Positions 21,589-31,635 are shown, counted from the whole stretch's first letter. The stretch is 59,507 bases of DNA, filler included, from 8 parts of 8 records of this genome joined end to end with filler, not necessarily neighbours in it; one strand, 5' to 3'. Program-made: numbers and translations. The notes: a model not told the origin generated them from the letters alone.

Positions 21589-21890
21589 GCTTCAATCCGA
21601 CCCCAACCGGCGCGGTCGTAACGATCAATGTCAGGCTCTGCCTGACATTCCTCCTCGGGACCGGCGCCTATTGGGCCTGGCCCTCCAGCGCGCGCTACTG
21701 GGATTTTGCCATCCTCAGCATCTTTCTAGGCGTGATCGCGCTGGCGTCGCTGCTGAAGGCCATCAAGCTCATGGTCCAGCTGCGCAGCCGCGCCATCGCG
21801 GTGGGCGGCTATCTGGCCCGCTACAGGGCGCCCCGGCCGGACAGGCTGGCCGGAAGCGACGATCTCAAACGGGCGGGGATGAAACTATGA
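21585..21890 (+). CDS. two-TM protein, probable detached membrane anchor of the coupling protein
   Basis: Two TM helices then RLAGSDDLKRAGM; ATGA overlaps at both ends. Confidence 0.65.
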   Translation: MSFNPTPTGAVVTINVRLCLTFLLGTGAYWAWPSSARYWDFAILSIFLGVIALASLLKAIKLMVQLRSRAIAVGGYLARYRAPRPDRLAGSDDLKRAGMKL

Positions 21891-23254
21891 CAGCTGCCAA
21901 ACGCCTGCTCGGGCTCGACAAGGATGGCAGCGGCATTTTTGCGCCCAAACGAGCCCATTCGCTACTGCTGGCCGCCGCGGGTTCCGGCAAGACTACATGC
22001 GGTGTGCTTCCCTGGCTTCTTTCGACCGTCGCACGGCCCAGCCATGCAATCATCGTCAATGACCCCAAATCCGGCGAGATCGCGGCGCAATGCATGGAGG
22101 CCTTTGCGCGGATCGGGCGCAAGGTCGCACTGATCGACGATGCCCATGTGCTCGGGGCTGGGAACCCGTTCCGCGTCTCTCTCAACCCGTTTGGCAATAT
22201 CGTCGAGGCCTGCCGCAATGCGCCCGACGAGCTGATCTTCGCCACGGAGAATGCCAATCACGTCATCATCCCGGAGCCGCCGGAGGGCGATGCCAAGAAC
22301 CAATATTGGCGGGATTTTCCCCGCGCCTTGATCGAGTTCGCAATCCTCCTGCTTCTGAAGCGCAACATCGTTCTGGGAACGCCCGGCGGGGTCTGGTCGG
22401 TCCTGTCCGACCCGGAGATGCTGGTTCAGATGGCCCGGATCGAAAGTGAAGAGGCCGAAGGGCAATTGGCCGCCTTGGCGCGTGACGTGGTCGATCTGGC
22501 CGACAATAATCCCGAGCACTTTGCCCAGCACCGTGCCGCGGCCGTCAAGGCGCTCCGGATCTATGCCGAAGGCTCCCGCCTGTACGAGGCAGGGATCGGC
22601 GGCGATCTGACCCATGCCGATCTCATCCGCGAGAAATACGTCATCTTCCTCACCGGAAATCAGAAGCATATCCACCGCATGGGCTGTCATTACGGGCTGC
22701 ATCTGCAATGCTTCCTCGATGCGCTCTATGCCGGTGCCGGGCCGGTCGACTTCATCCTTGATGAATGTACCAATACCCCGCTCAAATCGCTCGTGGGCGC
22801 AATCACCACCATGCGCGGTTATGGCGGCGCTTGTCACTTCGTGGCGCAATCGATGAGCGAGATGCGCCGTTCCTTCGGGCAGAAGGAAACCGACACGATC
22901 CTCGAAAACGCCCTGGTGAAGCAGTATTTTGGCTTCTCCTCCTTCGAGGAGGCCGAGAAGATCTCAGGCGCCATTGGCGAGGATCAGGTGCTGCAGGCGG
23001 GGATCGGCCTGTCGGGCAAGGATCTGTTTGTCTCGACCAATTACAGCAGTGGCAAGGAGGCGATCTTCAGCCGCAATGCGCTGATGCGCATGCCGAAGGA
23101 TCGCCAGCTCCTGCATGTGAAGGATCTGGGCTGGGTCGATTGCCGCAAGATCGCCCAGCATCAGATCGCGCCCTGGTGTCACGGCAAACTCGCCGCCAAT
23201 CCGCTCGAAGGCCGCCAGCTGCGCGCCGACCCGAAGATCAAGATCCGGCTATGA
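21887..23254 (+). CDS. virD4: VirD4/TraG-family type IV coupling protein lacking its own TM anchor
   Basis: Walker A AAAGSGKT, NDPKSGE, LNPF, Walker B FILDE, MRGYG, VAQS motifs. Confidence 0.85.
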   Translation: MTAAKRLLGLDKDGSGIFAPKRAHSLLLAAAGSGKTTCGVLPWLLSTVARPSHAIIVNDPKSGEIAAQCMEAFARIGRKVALIDDAHVLGAGNPFRVSLNPFGNIVEACRNAPDELIFATENANHVIIPEPPEGDAKNQYWRDFPRALIEFAILLLLKRNIVLGTPGGVWSVLSDPEMLVQMARIESEEAEGQLAALARDVVDLADNNPEHFAQHRAAAVKALRIYAEGSRLYEAGIGGDLTHADLIREKYVIFLTGNQKHIHRMGCHYGLHLQCFLDALYAGAGPVDFILDECTNTPLKSLVGAITTMRGYGGACHFVAQSMSEMRRSFGQKETDTILENALVKQYFGFSSFEEAEKISGAIGEDQVLQAGIGLSGKDLFVSTNYSSGKEAIFSRNALMRMPKDRQLLHVKDLGWVDCRKIAQHQIAPWCHGKLAANPLEGRQLRADPKIKIRL

Positions 23255-23261
23255 GGCTCTC

Positions 23262-23534
23262 ATGCGCGTTCCCCTGATCCGTCTTCGCTACTTCCTCTGG
23301 GTTCCGTTTCTGGCGGGGCTCGCGTTTGCCGCCGAGAGGATCCCGCAGCCGCATCTGATCTGGTCCTACCGATACAGCGCACCGCCCGGACGGGCCTTCG
23401 ATCCCGCCTCGTTCGAGCAACGGCGCTATATCAGCTGCACCTATCTCACACTCAAAGGCAGCCGCCGCACCGTTCCGGCCAAATTGGCGCGCTGCCCGTT
23501 TCTCCGCTTCCTGCCACCGGAGGGCGCTCAATGA
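23262..23534 (+). CDS. small membrane-anchored protein with Cys pair
   Basis: N-terminal hydrophobic helix, PHLIWSY, CTY...CP. Confidence 0.65.
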   Translation: MRVPLIRLRYFLWVPFLAGLAFAAERIPQPHLIWSYRYSAPPGRAFDPASFEQRRYISCTYLTLKGSRRTVPAKLARCPFLRFLPPEGAQ

Positions 23535-23779
23535 ACCGACTGACTCTCCCCCTGCAATTGCCAATAGAGATTGAAGAGATCGATCAGGTCCCGCCGCGCC
23601 AGCCGCTTGAGAACGGCGAGCACAATCTCGCGCGTGGCGATGCCGCCTGCGATCTCGGCCTCGCAATGGGCGCGGCCGGGCAGGATCAGCTCGAATGGCG
23701 CAACCGCCTCCCAGAAAGCCTCATAGTCCAGCGGTGCCAGCCAGCTTTCGATCTCCTCGATTGTGGTGAAGTCTTCCAT
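23528..23779 (-). CDS. hypothetical protein, 83 aa
   Basis: Fills the gap on the opposite strand; acidic, helical-looking sequence. Confidence 0.55.
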   Translation of the reverse strand: MEDFTTIEEIESWLAPLDYEAFWEAVAPFELILPGRAHCEAEIAGGIATREIVLAVLKRLARRDLIDLFNLYWQLQGESQSVH

Positions 23780-23838
23780 AGAAACAGGATCTCACAGACA
23801 GCCCACGCGATGCAAATTTGCCCTCTGGAGGCAGTGGT

Positions 23839-24312
23839 ATGAGCCGGATCCATGACGATCTCCGGAGCTGCTTCGATCTGGCCAGCCTGCGGCATGCGGC
23901 ATCAAAACAGCTAACTCCAAAGGAATGGGAGCGCTTCCGAGAGATCCGGGAAGCGCACGATCAACAAAGGCGCTTTGTCCGGCGGAGCTTCGAGATTGAG
24001 CGCCCCGAGCTCCTGGCCCGCGCCACCAAGCGCATCCTGGCCGAAGAGGGCAAATGCCGCCGCGACCTCAAACCTCCCTGGGCGGTGAGCCATAAGCCCG
24101 GCAAGGCGGAGATCAAGCGGCGTGCCGCCAATCGCGTCCAGGCCCATGAGCAGGCCGAGCTGAGCCATGTCGACCGGGCGGAAGCGAAGGACCTCCGGGA
24201 GCTGCTCGATGGCTGCGAGGCACGGCAGCGTCTCCGCGACAAACCCAAACAGGAATTCGCCCGGGCCGCAGAGCGCCGCTCGGGGCGAGACCGCCGCCAG
24301 CACGAGAGATGA
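23839..24312 (+). CDS. charged helical hypothetical protein
   Basis: GGAGG RBS; R/E-rich, resembling tails of mobilisation proteins. Confidence 0.65.
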   Translation: MSRIHDDLRSCFDLASLRHAASKQLTPKEWERFREIREAHDQQRRFVRRSFEIERPELLARATKRILAEEGKCRRDLKPPWAVSHKPGKAEIKRRAANRVQAHEQAELSHVDRAEAKDLRELLDGCEARQRLRDKPKQEFARAAERRSGRDRRQHER

Positions 24313-24324
24313 CAGGAGACGACG

Positions 24325-24874
24325 ATGTCCGACAGACCCCAGGATCCCCGCAAAGCCGCGCGCGAGAGCTATTCCGGCCACGGGCTGACCGATAGCCAGT
24401 TCGAGGAAAGTTACGCCATCGCTGGCGTGATCGAACGCGGCATTCGCAAATCCGGCAGCTTCCATGAGAAGCTCACCGATTACGCCCATGCCTTCGCCCG
24501 CAGCGAGAGATTCGATGCGATGCGCGGCGAGGCCATCCTGCGCGATATCTTCAAGGGGCGCTTTGGCGAGACCCCGAACGCCATGCGCGAGCGGCTCCTT
24601 GCGCGCGAGGATCAGCTGCGGCAGACGGAGACGCCCCGCGCCCTGGAACAGGCCCGCAGCATCGGGCCGATGATCCGCGAAGGCGAGACCCGGCCCTTCT
24701 ATCAGGCCTATGACCGCGCCGCCGTCGATCTGGCGCGCGGGCTCGATATCACCGAGCGTGGCGCCAAGGAGATGATGCAGGAGAGCTTCGAACGGGTCGA
24801 AGGGCGCGACCTCTACAGCTACGGAAAGGCGCTTGAAGAGGAGCATCACCGGCCGCGCCGGGAGGCCGAGCGGG
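24325..24874 (+). CDS. hypothetical protein (3' truncated)
   Basis: AGGAG RBS; frame open to the contig end. Confidence 0.7.
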
Positions 24875-24974
24875 NNNNNNNNNNNNNNNNNNNNNNNNNN
24901 NNNNNNNNNNNNNNNNNNTTAATTAATTAANNNNNNNNNNNNNNNNNNNNNNNNNNNNNNNNNNNNNNNNNNNN
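24875..24974. other. artificial contig spacer
   Basis: N44-TTAATTAATTAA-N44. Confidence 0.98.
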
Positions 24975-24975
24975 A

Positions 24976-25167
24976 GTAAGTGGGTTTATCAGGGATATTG
25001 CAACAGGTCTTCCTATTGAAAACGCAGGTGTTGCTTTATACTCCATAGTAGGTGGAGTTGAAACGGTTATTGATACAACAAGAACGAATGTTACAGGCAT
25101 GTATTTATTTACAAGCGTAAATCCAGGCACTTATTTGATAAAATCAACTAAGCAAGAGGAAGTTTAG
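24976..25167 (+). CDS. carboxypeptidase-regulatory-like domain protein, C-terminal fragment
   Basis: VSGFIRDIATGLPIENAGVALY..TRTNVTGMYLFTSVNPGTYLIK; absent from the ORF track. Confidence 0.75.
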   Translation, partial: VSGFIRDIATGLPIENAGVALYSIVGGVETVIDTTRTNVTGMYLFTSVNPGTYLIKSTKQEEV

Positions 25168-25175
25168 TAAAATTA

Positions 25176-25832
25176 ATGTTTATCCATGACATATATATTC
25201 TTGAGGCAAGCAATCACTTTGAAATAGAGGCGAATGAAGAGGTTACGGTAAACATGGGGCTTAAAAGAATATCCCCATGTTATAACACACTCTTAAGAGG
25301 GTATGTGCTTTATAAGTGCTCACCATTAAAGAATGCAACGGTTTTGATATTAGATAGCCATTTTAACCCTCTATTTCACACAGTGACAAACGACAAGGGG
25401 GTTTATAAATTTCGCAATTTAATAAGACCTGGAAAATATAACGTAATAGCAACAGCAATTGGTTACAAGATATCGGTACCGAAATCAATAAGAATTGAGA
25501 CAAATAAAGTTACAAACCAATCTTTTTTACTTAAGAAGAATTGGGTATATGCAAATGGTATTGTCTATGGCCAAATATTTGAGGCAAAAAGCAGAAAATC
25601 GATTGAAAATGCAATCATTAATCTCATAGACTTGACGGATGGTTGTAAGATGTCTTATAAAACAACGTCAAATCACAGTGGACAATATTTGATTCATAAT
25701 ATTTTGCCGGGAAGATATAGAATGACAGCTAAAAAGCAAGGGTATAAAGTTTCAAGTGTGCCAGAATTAATAATTGCAAAGAATGATTGTATTGTCTTGG
25801 ATATAGATTTAATCAAACGCTATAACTTATGA
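25176..25832 (+). CDS. tandem carboxypeptidase-regulatory-like domain protein
   Basis: Two repeats: TNDKGVYKF..PGKY..GY and SNHSGQYLI..PGRY..GY; AT-rich. Confidence 0.8.
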   Translation: MFIHDIYILEASNHFEIEANEEVTVNMGLKRISPCYNTLLRGYVLYKCSPLKNATVLILDSHFNPLFHTVTNDKGVYKFRNLIRPGKYNVIATAIGYKISVPKSIRIETNKVTNQSFLLKKNWVYANGIVYGQIFEAKSRKSIENAIINLIDLTDGCKMSYKTTSNHSGQYLIHNILPGRYRMTAKKQGYKVSSVPELIIAKNDCIVLDIDLIKRYNL

Positions 25833-25975
25833 TGAAGTATATTAATATCGAGGAAATAGTTTTTTGATTTCTGTTTTGTTTTGTTGTAAAATGTCGAATA
25901 TACTATAGTAGAGCCTGCTGTAGATAAAAAGCAGCAAAGCGCATGGCTAAAATGTCAATTTGGGTGGGGAGATAT

Positions 25976-26446
25976 ATGACCGAACAGGAGATCAAAACAC
26001 TCGTCAATCGGGTGCTCAAAGACATGTTTTTCAAAGTGCTGCGTCTGCAGGAACACTACGTTTCCAGCTCGTCGAACGATACGCTCAGCCGTACAGAGAT
26101 GCATATCCTAGAGGCGATACAGGATACGCCGGGTGTAACGCTAACGGACATCGCAGATATGCTCGGCGTCAGTAAGGCGACAGCCAGCGTTTCTGCCCAG
26201 CGGCTCGAAGACAAGAAGTATATCAAGAAGGTAAAGTCGGACATTGACAAGCGCAAGAGCATATTGAAGCTGACGGACGACGGCGTGTTTTGCTGCGATA
26301 AACATAGTAAATTTCATGATATCATGGTAAAAAGCGTGCTCGATGATTTTAATATCAAAGAATATCAGGACGTGTTGAAATCGCTTCAGGCGCTGCTTTC
26401 TTTTTTCGACACTTTAGAAGAAAGAGAAAAGGGAAAACATATTTAA
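25976..26446 (+). CDS. MarR family regulator (FabT-like position next to acc genes)
   Basis: LSRTEMHILEAI, wHTH, DKRKSILKLT wing; GGGAG RBS. Confidence 0.9.
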   Translation: MTEQEIKTLVNRVLKDMFFKVLRLQEHYVSSSSNDTLSRTEMHILEAIQDTPGVTLTDIADMLGVSKATASVSAQRLEDKKYIKKVKSDIDKRKSILKLTDDGVFCCDKHSKFHDIMVKSVLDDFNIKEYQDVLKSLQALLSFFDTLEEREKGKHI

Positions 26447-26620
26447 TGTTAATAAAACATTCCTAAATATCAGGCAATACTCTTTAACAAAACTACATAC
26501 TTTTATCTGTTTTCGCAATAAAAATGTAAAAAACAACGCCGTTTAAGGTATGAATTAACACGCTTGTTTAATGTGCTCGAAAATTTAACTTTTTTACAAC
26601 ATCTGATAAAAACAACGTCG

Positions 26621-26649
26621 TTGACATATATACAAAGGCGTGATAATAT
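26621..26649 (+). promoter_or_regulatory. sigmaA promoter of the acc operon
   Basis: TTGACA-N17-TAATAT with extended -10 TG. Confidence 0.75.
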
Positions 26650-26663
26650 TTGCTAAACAGTTG

Positions 26664-26678
26664 GTTAGCAGTACTAAC
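26664..26678. promoter_or_regulatory. putative MarR operator GTTAG-N5-CTAAC
   Basis: Inverted repeat just downstream of the predicted transcription start. Confidence 0.55.
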
Positions 26679-26758
26679 TTTTGTTTTTTGTATCATTATA
26701 TGTTCTATTGGCAAAAGATAATTGTGTATATGATTATCGTCGGGAGGAGCTCGAAATT

Positions 26759-27187
26759 ATGGATTTAGAAAAGGTGTTTAGCCTGATCGACAAAGCTGAA
26801 AAGTCGTCGTTCAACAAGATTAAGATACAGATTGAGGATGTAAAACTAAGTTTGGAAAGAGGACGTGAAGAATCTGGCGCATCGGCAGTTACAAAGCCTG
26901 TGCAAAGTAGTGAGGACACATCGGTATTGTATGAGCATGATGATGAAGACATCGTTTTTGCTCCGATATCCGGTGTATTTTATGTTGCAAAAGAACCCGG
27001 CGCGGCGCCGTTTGTCAGCGAGTTCAAAAAGGTTGTAAAGGGAGATACGCTGTGCATCATCGAGGCAATGAAGATGATGAATGAGATATGTGCGCCGAAA
27101 TCTGGCGTGATAGAGTGCGTGCTAAAAGAGGACGGCCAGGCCATTATGGCAAAAGATCCGCTGTTCAAGTACGCAAAGGAACAATAG
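26759..27187 (+). CDS. accB: biotin carboxyl carrier protein
   Basis: EAMKMMNE biotinylation motif; GGAGG RBS. Confidence 0.93.
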   Translation: MDLEKVFSLIDKAEKSSFNKIKIQIEDVKLSLERGREESGASAVTKPVQSSEDTSVLYEHDDEDIVFAPISGVFYVAKEPGAAPFVSEFKKVVKGDTLCIIEAMKMMNEICAPKSGVIECVLKEDGQAIMAKDPLFKYAKEQ

Positions 27188-27188
27188 T

Positions 27189-28547
27189 ATGAAGACAGTG
27201 CTCATAGCAAATAGGGGAGAGATTGCCGTCAGAATCATACGAACGTGCAAGAAACTCGGCCTAAAAACGGTGGCTGTCTTTGCGGAAAACGATGAAGGAA
27301 GCCTGTACACACGGCTTGCTGATATTAGTGTATGCATTGGCCCAAGGCAGGCCGAGAAGAGCTATCTGAATATCGAGAGCATACTTGCTGCTGCCAAAGT
27401 ATATCATGTCGATCTTATTCATCCGGGCGTCGGTTTTCTTTCCGAGAGCGCGGCTTTTCGTCGTGCTTGCGAGGATGAAGGTATCATCTTTATTGGGCCG
27501 TGCGCAGAATCTATGCGGCTGCTTGGCGACAAGCAAAAAGCGCGTCAGACGATGATTGATGGCGGGTTTCCTGTCGTGCCCGGCTCGGAAGGTACGGTAG
27601 AGAGCGTTCGGGACGCTATCGTTGTGTCTAAAGAGATTGGGTTTCCGCTGATGATTAAGGCGTCAAAAGGCGGCGGCGGAAAAGGTATCCGCGTTGTCCG
27701 CGATGCAAAAGAGCTGGAGAAGGAGTTTCCGCTTGTGTGCAGAGAGGCCGAGTTGGCCTTTGGCGACAAGAGCGTCTACATCGAAGCATACCTTGAAAAC
27801 ACACGGCACATCGAGGTGCAGATATTGGCGGACGAACATGGCAACACGTTGCATCTTGGCACACGCGAGTGCACGCTGCAGCGAAAGAACCAGAAGCTGC
27901 TGGAAGAAGCGCCTGCGACGAACATCGCAGACGACGTGCTGGAGGATATGCAGCAAACAGCCGTCAGAATCGCGCAGTGTGTAGAATACAAGAACGCCGG
28001 CACTGTCGAGTTTTTGCTGACAGCCGAAGGCAAGTTCTATTTTATGGAGATGAACACGCGCATACAGGTAGAACACCCGATCACCGAGAGTATCTTCGGG
28101 ATAGATCTTATCAAGGCGCAGATACATGTGGCGTTGTCGCACGAACTGTCTATTGAGCAAGAGCAACTCGTGCCAAGAGGACATTCGATTGAGTGCCGCA
28201 TCAACGCAGAGGACGTGCTTGAGAACTTTCGCCCGTCGCCCGGTATCATAAAAAGCATGACGCTTCCCGGCGGCAACGGTGTGCGCATAGACACCGGCTA
28301 CATAGTCGGTGACGAGATTTCGCCGTATTACGATTCTATGGTCATGAAAGTGATATGCACCGGCGATGACAGGGATGAAGCAATCCGCCTGTCTGTTGCC
28401 GCGCTTGAAGAATTAAGAGTCGACGGCATAAGCAACAACACGTTGTTTGCTAAAGAGATGCTGCGCGACAGCGATTTTAAGTCGGGGAACGTACACACAA
28501 AGTGGATAGAGCAGGTCTTCTATAACAAATTTATACGAGGTCAATAA
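27189..28547 (+). CDS. accC: biotin carboxylase
   Basis: LIANRGEIA, GGGGKG, FMEMNTRIQVEH, YYDSM. Confidence 0.96.
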   Translation: MKTVLIANRGEIAVRIIRTCKKLGLKTVAVFAENDEGSLYTRLADISVCIGPRQAEKSYLNIESILAAAKVYHVDLIHPGVGFLSESAAFRRACEDEGIIFIGPCAESMRLLGDKQKARQTMIDGGFPVVPGSEGTVESVRDAIVVSKEIGFPLMIKASKGGGGKGIRVVRDAKELEKEFPLVCREAELAFGDKSVYIEAYLENTRHIEVQILADEHGNTLHLGTRECTLQRKNQKLLEEAPATNIADDVLEDMQQTAVRIAQCVEYKNAGTVEFLLTAEGKFYFMEMNTRIQVEHPITESIFGIDLIKAQIHVALSHELSIEQEQLVPRGHSIECRINAEDVLENFRPSPGIIKSMTLPGGNGVRIDTGYIVGDEISPYYDSMVMKVICTGDDRDEAIRLSVAALEELRVDGISNNTLFAKEMLRDSDFKSGNVHTKWIEQVFYNKFIRGQ

Positions 28548-30262
28548 TGAAGCTTTTTTCTGAAAAGATAGATGTTAACAGCGCCGTTGAAAAACCGGCG
28601 GAAGGTGCGCCTGCAACACTTCAATGCGCCGGCTGCAAGAAACACATGATCGCCGACATTGTACATGCCAGTGATTCGATATGCCCATACTGCGGCCATC
28701 TTTTTCGGCAGCCCGCGTATAAACGCATCGAGATGATCGTGGACAGCGGAAGTTTTATCGAGATAGAGCGCGAAGCGGAAAGCCGCGACCCGATCGAGTT
28801 TCCGGGATATAAGACAAAGATCGAAAACGAACAGAACAAATCGCAGTCTATGGAAGGCGTGGTCATCGGCAAAGCAACGATCAAGGGCGTACGCACAGCC
28901 ATCGTTGTGATGGATTCGTACTTTATGATGGGTAGCATGGGCACGGTTGTGGGAGAAAAGATCGTGATCATCACAGAGTTCGCGACGCTGAACGCGCTGC
29001 CGCTGGTCATCTTCTGTGCATCGGGCGGGGCGCGTATGCAGGAAGGCATACATTCGCTGCTGCAAATGTCGCGCACGACGATTGCGCTGGCAAGGCACAG
29101 CGCCAAGAAGCTGCTGCACATCAACGTGCTTACACACCCGACGACGGGCGGTGTAACGGCAAGCTTTGCGATGCAGGGCGATATCACCATTGCGGAGCCA
29201 AAAGCGCTGATAGGGTTTGCAGGGCCGCGTGTGATACAGCAAACGACGAGTGAGAAGCTGCCCGAAGGGTTTCAGATGGCAGAGTCGCTGCTAAAAAACG
29301 GATTGATCGACAAGATCGTTGACCGCAAGGATATGCGCAATACGCTGGCAGATTTGCTGGCGCTGCATTGCAAAGTCGAGACGTCGCGCGAGAGAAAGAA
29401 TGTAATCAAGGGGTGTATGACGATGTCTTCAAACGAAACAAAGAAGATCGATGACACGGTGCAAGATAAGGTCAAAAATGCGGAGCAGCCTGTCAAAGAC
29501 ATAGCTGAGAAACCGTGGGAGCGCGTCAAAAATGCCAGAAAAGAGAATCGCCCTCAGGCTCAGGACTATATTGCCAAGCTGTTTCACGGTGTGTTTGAGG
29601 TGAGCGGAGACAAAGTGTGTGGAGACGATCCGTCCATAATAACTGCGATTGCGTGGTTTGAAAACTGGCCGGTGACGGTGATCGGGCAACAAAAGGGGCA
29701 TACTTTAGAAGAACGCATGAAATACAACTTTGGCATGCCACACCCGGAAGGGTACAGAAAATCGATAAGAGCGCTTCGGCAGGCCGAGAAGTTTGGGCGG
29801 CCGATTATATGTTTTGTCGATACACCGGGGGCATACCATGGTGTCGAAGCAGAAGAGAGAGGACAAGGGCTGATCATTGCAGAGCATCTTAAAGCAATGG
29901 CAACGGTAAAAGCGCCGGTTATATCCATCATCATTGGAGAAGGCGGAAGCGGCGGAGCTTTGGCACTGTCTCTTGCAGATCGGTTGATTATGCTGGAAAA
30001 CAGCTATTTTTCCGTCATATCGCCCGAGGGGTGCGCTTCAATACTGTTTAAAGACAGCTCGCTTGCAGAAACAGCTGCGGAAAATCTGAAGCTGACGGCG
30101 AGTGATTTAAAACGATTTGACATCGTTGACAGCGTGATCAAAGAACCGGAAGGGTTCAACCGTTTTAATATGGATAAAAGCGTTGCCGATATACGCCGCG
30201 AGTTTAAAATAGCGCTGAGAAGGCTGACCAAGATTGCACCTGAAAGACTCGTGGAAAAACGG
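28547..30262 (+). CDS. accD/accA: fused carboxyltransferase beta-alpha (3' truncated)
   Basis: C4 zinc finger and SGGARMQEG (AccD), then FGMPHPEGYRK, DTPGA and GEGGSGGAL (AccA), all in one frame. Confidence 0.93.
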
Positions 30263-30362
30263 NNNNNNNNNNNNNNNNNNNNNNNNNNNNNNNNNNNNNN
30301 NNNNNNTTAATTAATTAANNNNNNNNNNNNNNNNNNNNNNNNNNNNNNNNNNNNNNNNNNNN
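30263..30362. other. artificial contig spacer
   Basis: N44-TTAATTAATTAA-N44. Confidence 0.98.
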
Positions 30363-30481
30363 ATTTCGAGGATAAAATTTCCATGCGCAACGAAGAGTTT
30401 GGACTAAAAGACAGATATTCAAGGTTCCCTTGAGTGTTGCCTTGGTACAATGAACAAAAAAACTTGCCCCCAGAGATAAAT

Positions 30482-30510
30482 TGTAACCTTCAGTATACTT
30501 GGCCGTTTAA
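30482..30510 (+). promoter_or_regulatory. ECF-type promoter upstream of the sigma gene
   Basis: TGTAAC-N16-CGTTTAA, the AAC/CGT pattern of ECF promoters. Confidence 0.7.
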
Positions 30511-30569
30511 ATCATATAGTTAGAATACTTCAGAGAAAATAGCAGCATATGGTGTATAGGTAATCCATA

Positions 30570-31052
30570 ATGCAGGGAAGCTATCAGCAATTCTATATCG
30601 ACTATAAAAATAGTCTATTCAGCTATCTGCTCTATAAAAGCAGGGACAGATTTCTTGCTGAAGATATTGCTCAGGAGAGCTTCGCACGTTACTACAAGCA
30701 ATATGGGAAGCATACGATCCTATCACCAAGCCTGCTGTTTGCTATCGCCAGAAACGCCCTCCTGGACCATCAACGATCTCAGCACATTAGGTTCCGGTCC
30801 CGAGATCAGTATACAGCTCAGGAGACAACTTCGGATGAAGAAAGCAAGTACATTTCAAAAGAGCAAAGCAATCTAATCCGAGATGCAGTGAACGAATTAT
30901 CGGAACCTGATCGAGAGATTCTCGTGCTGGCTGTCGGAGGAATGCCCTATAAGGAAATCGCAGATTTTCTAAACATAAGTTTGTCAAATGTGAAAGTGAG
31001 GGTTCACCGGTCACGGGTCAAAATCAGGGAATTACTGAAACAGTGGGGGTAA
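30570..31052 (+). CDS. ECF RNA polymerase sigma factor
   Basis: AEDIAQESF (region 2), IARNALLD, YKEIADFLNISLSNVKVRVHRSR (region 4). Confidence 0.92.
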   Translation: MQGSYQQFYIDYKNSLFSYLLYKSRDRFLAEDIAQESFARYYKQYGKHTILSPSLLFAIARNALLDHQRSQHIRFRSRDQYTAQETTSDEESKYISKEQSNLIRDAVNELSEPDREILVLAVGGMPYKEIADFLNISLSNVKVRVHRSRVKIRELLKQWG

Positions 31053-31054
31053 TC

Positions 31055-31633
31055 ATGGACCATTATATCAGCATGTATATGGACGACGAGCTGTCATTGG
31101 ATGAAAAAACCCTTTTTGTTAAAATGCTGTCTTCTGACAAAAATTATGCTGATGACACGTTATTGATGATCGAGCAGGAGAAGTCTTTATGCAGCATAAT
31201 CAATCATGAACTTGAGGGTTCCGCTGAAACCAACCCGAAAAAAAGCAGCTACCTGCCCAAAGCTGGATTGGCAGTTGCTGCATCGCTGATTTTGTTTTTG
31301 TCTGTTCTTGTCGGGGTTAACTATTATTCAGGAGATAAGACTCAACTCCAGGCGATCTCTGATCTAAAGCGATCAAACACACACCGCTTTGTAATTTATT
31401 TACAGGACTCCTCTCAGGTGGAAATTCTCGGGAGTTTTACCAACTGGCAGAGAGTTCCCCTGCACCCCACCGGAACAGATGGTTATTGGGAAGTGAATCT
31501 GGAATTACCTATCGGCGAGCATCGATACACATTTGTCGTTGATAACGAGAAATTATTAGCGGATCCCACCATATCGGCCCGTGAGTCAGATGATTTCGGA
31601 AGCGTCAATTCTATTCTTGTAGTCGAGGGCTAG
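31055..31633 (+). CDS. putative anti-sigma factor with TM helix and extracytoplasmic CBM48/AMPK-type glycogen-binding domain
   Basis: ISMYMDDELS anti-sigma-like N-terminus; one TM helix; VEILGSFTNWQ..GYWEVNLELPIGEHRYTFVVD..DP..DDFGSVNS. Confidence 0.85.
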   Translation: MDHYISMYMDDELSLDEKTLFVKMLSSDKNYADDTLLMIEQEKSLCSIINHELEGSAETNPKKSSYLPKAGLAVAASLILFLSVLVGVNYYSGDKTQLQAISDLKRSNTHRFVIYLQDSSQVEILGSFTNWQRVPLHPTGTDGYWEVNLELPIGEHRYTFVVDNEKLLADPTISARESDDFGSVNSILVVEG

Positions 31634-31635
31634 AC

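Larger units (their letters stand above)
18228..24874 (+). mobile_element. putative mobilisable/conjugative element backbone (alphaproteobacterial-like)
   Basis: High-GC, mostly co-directional cluster of membrane proteins around a VirD4-type coupling protein. No ends, integrase or relaxase on this contig. Confidence 0.6.
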
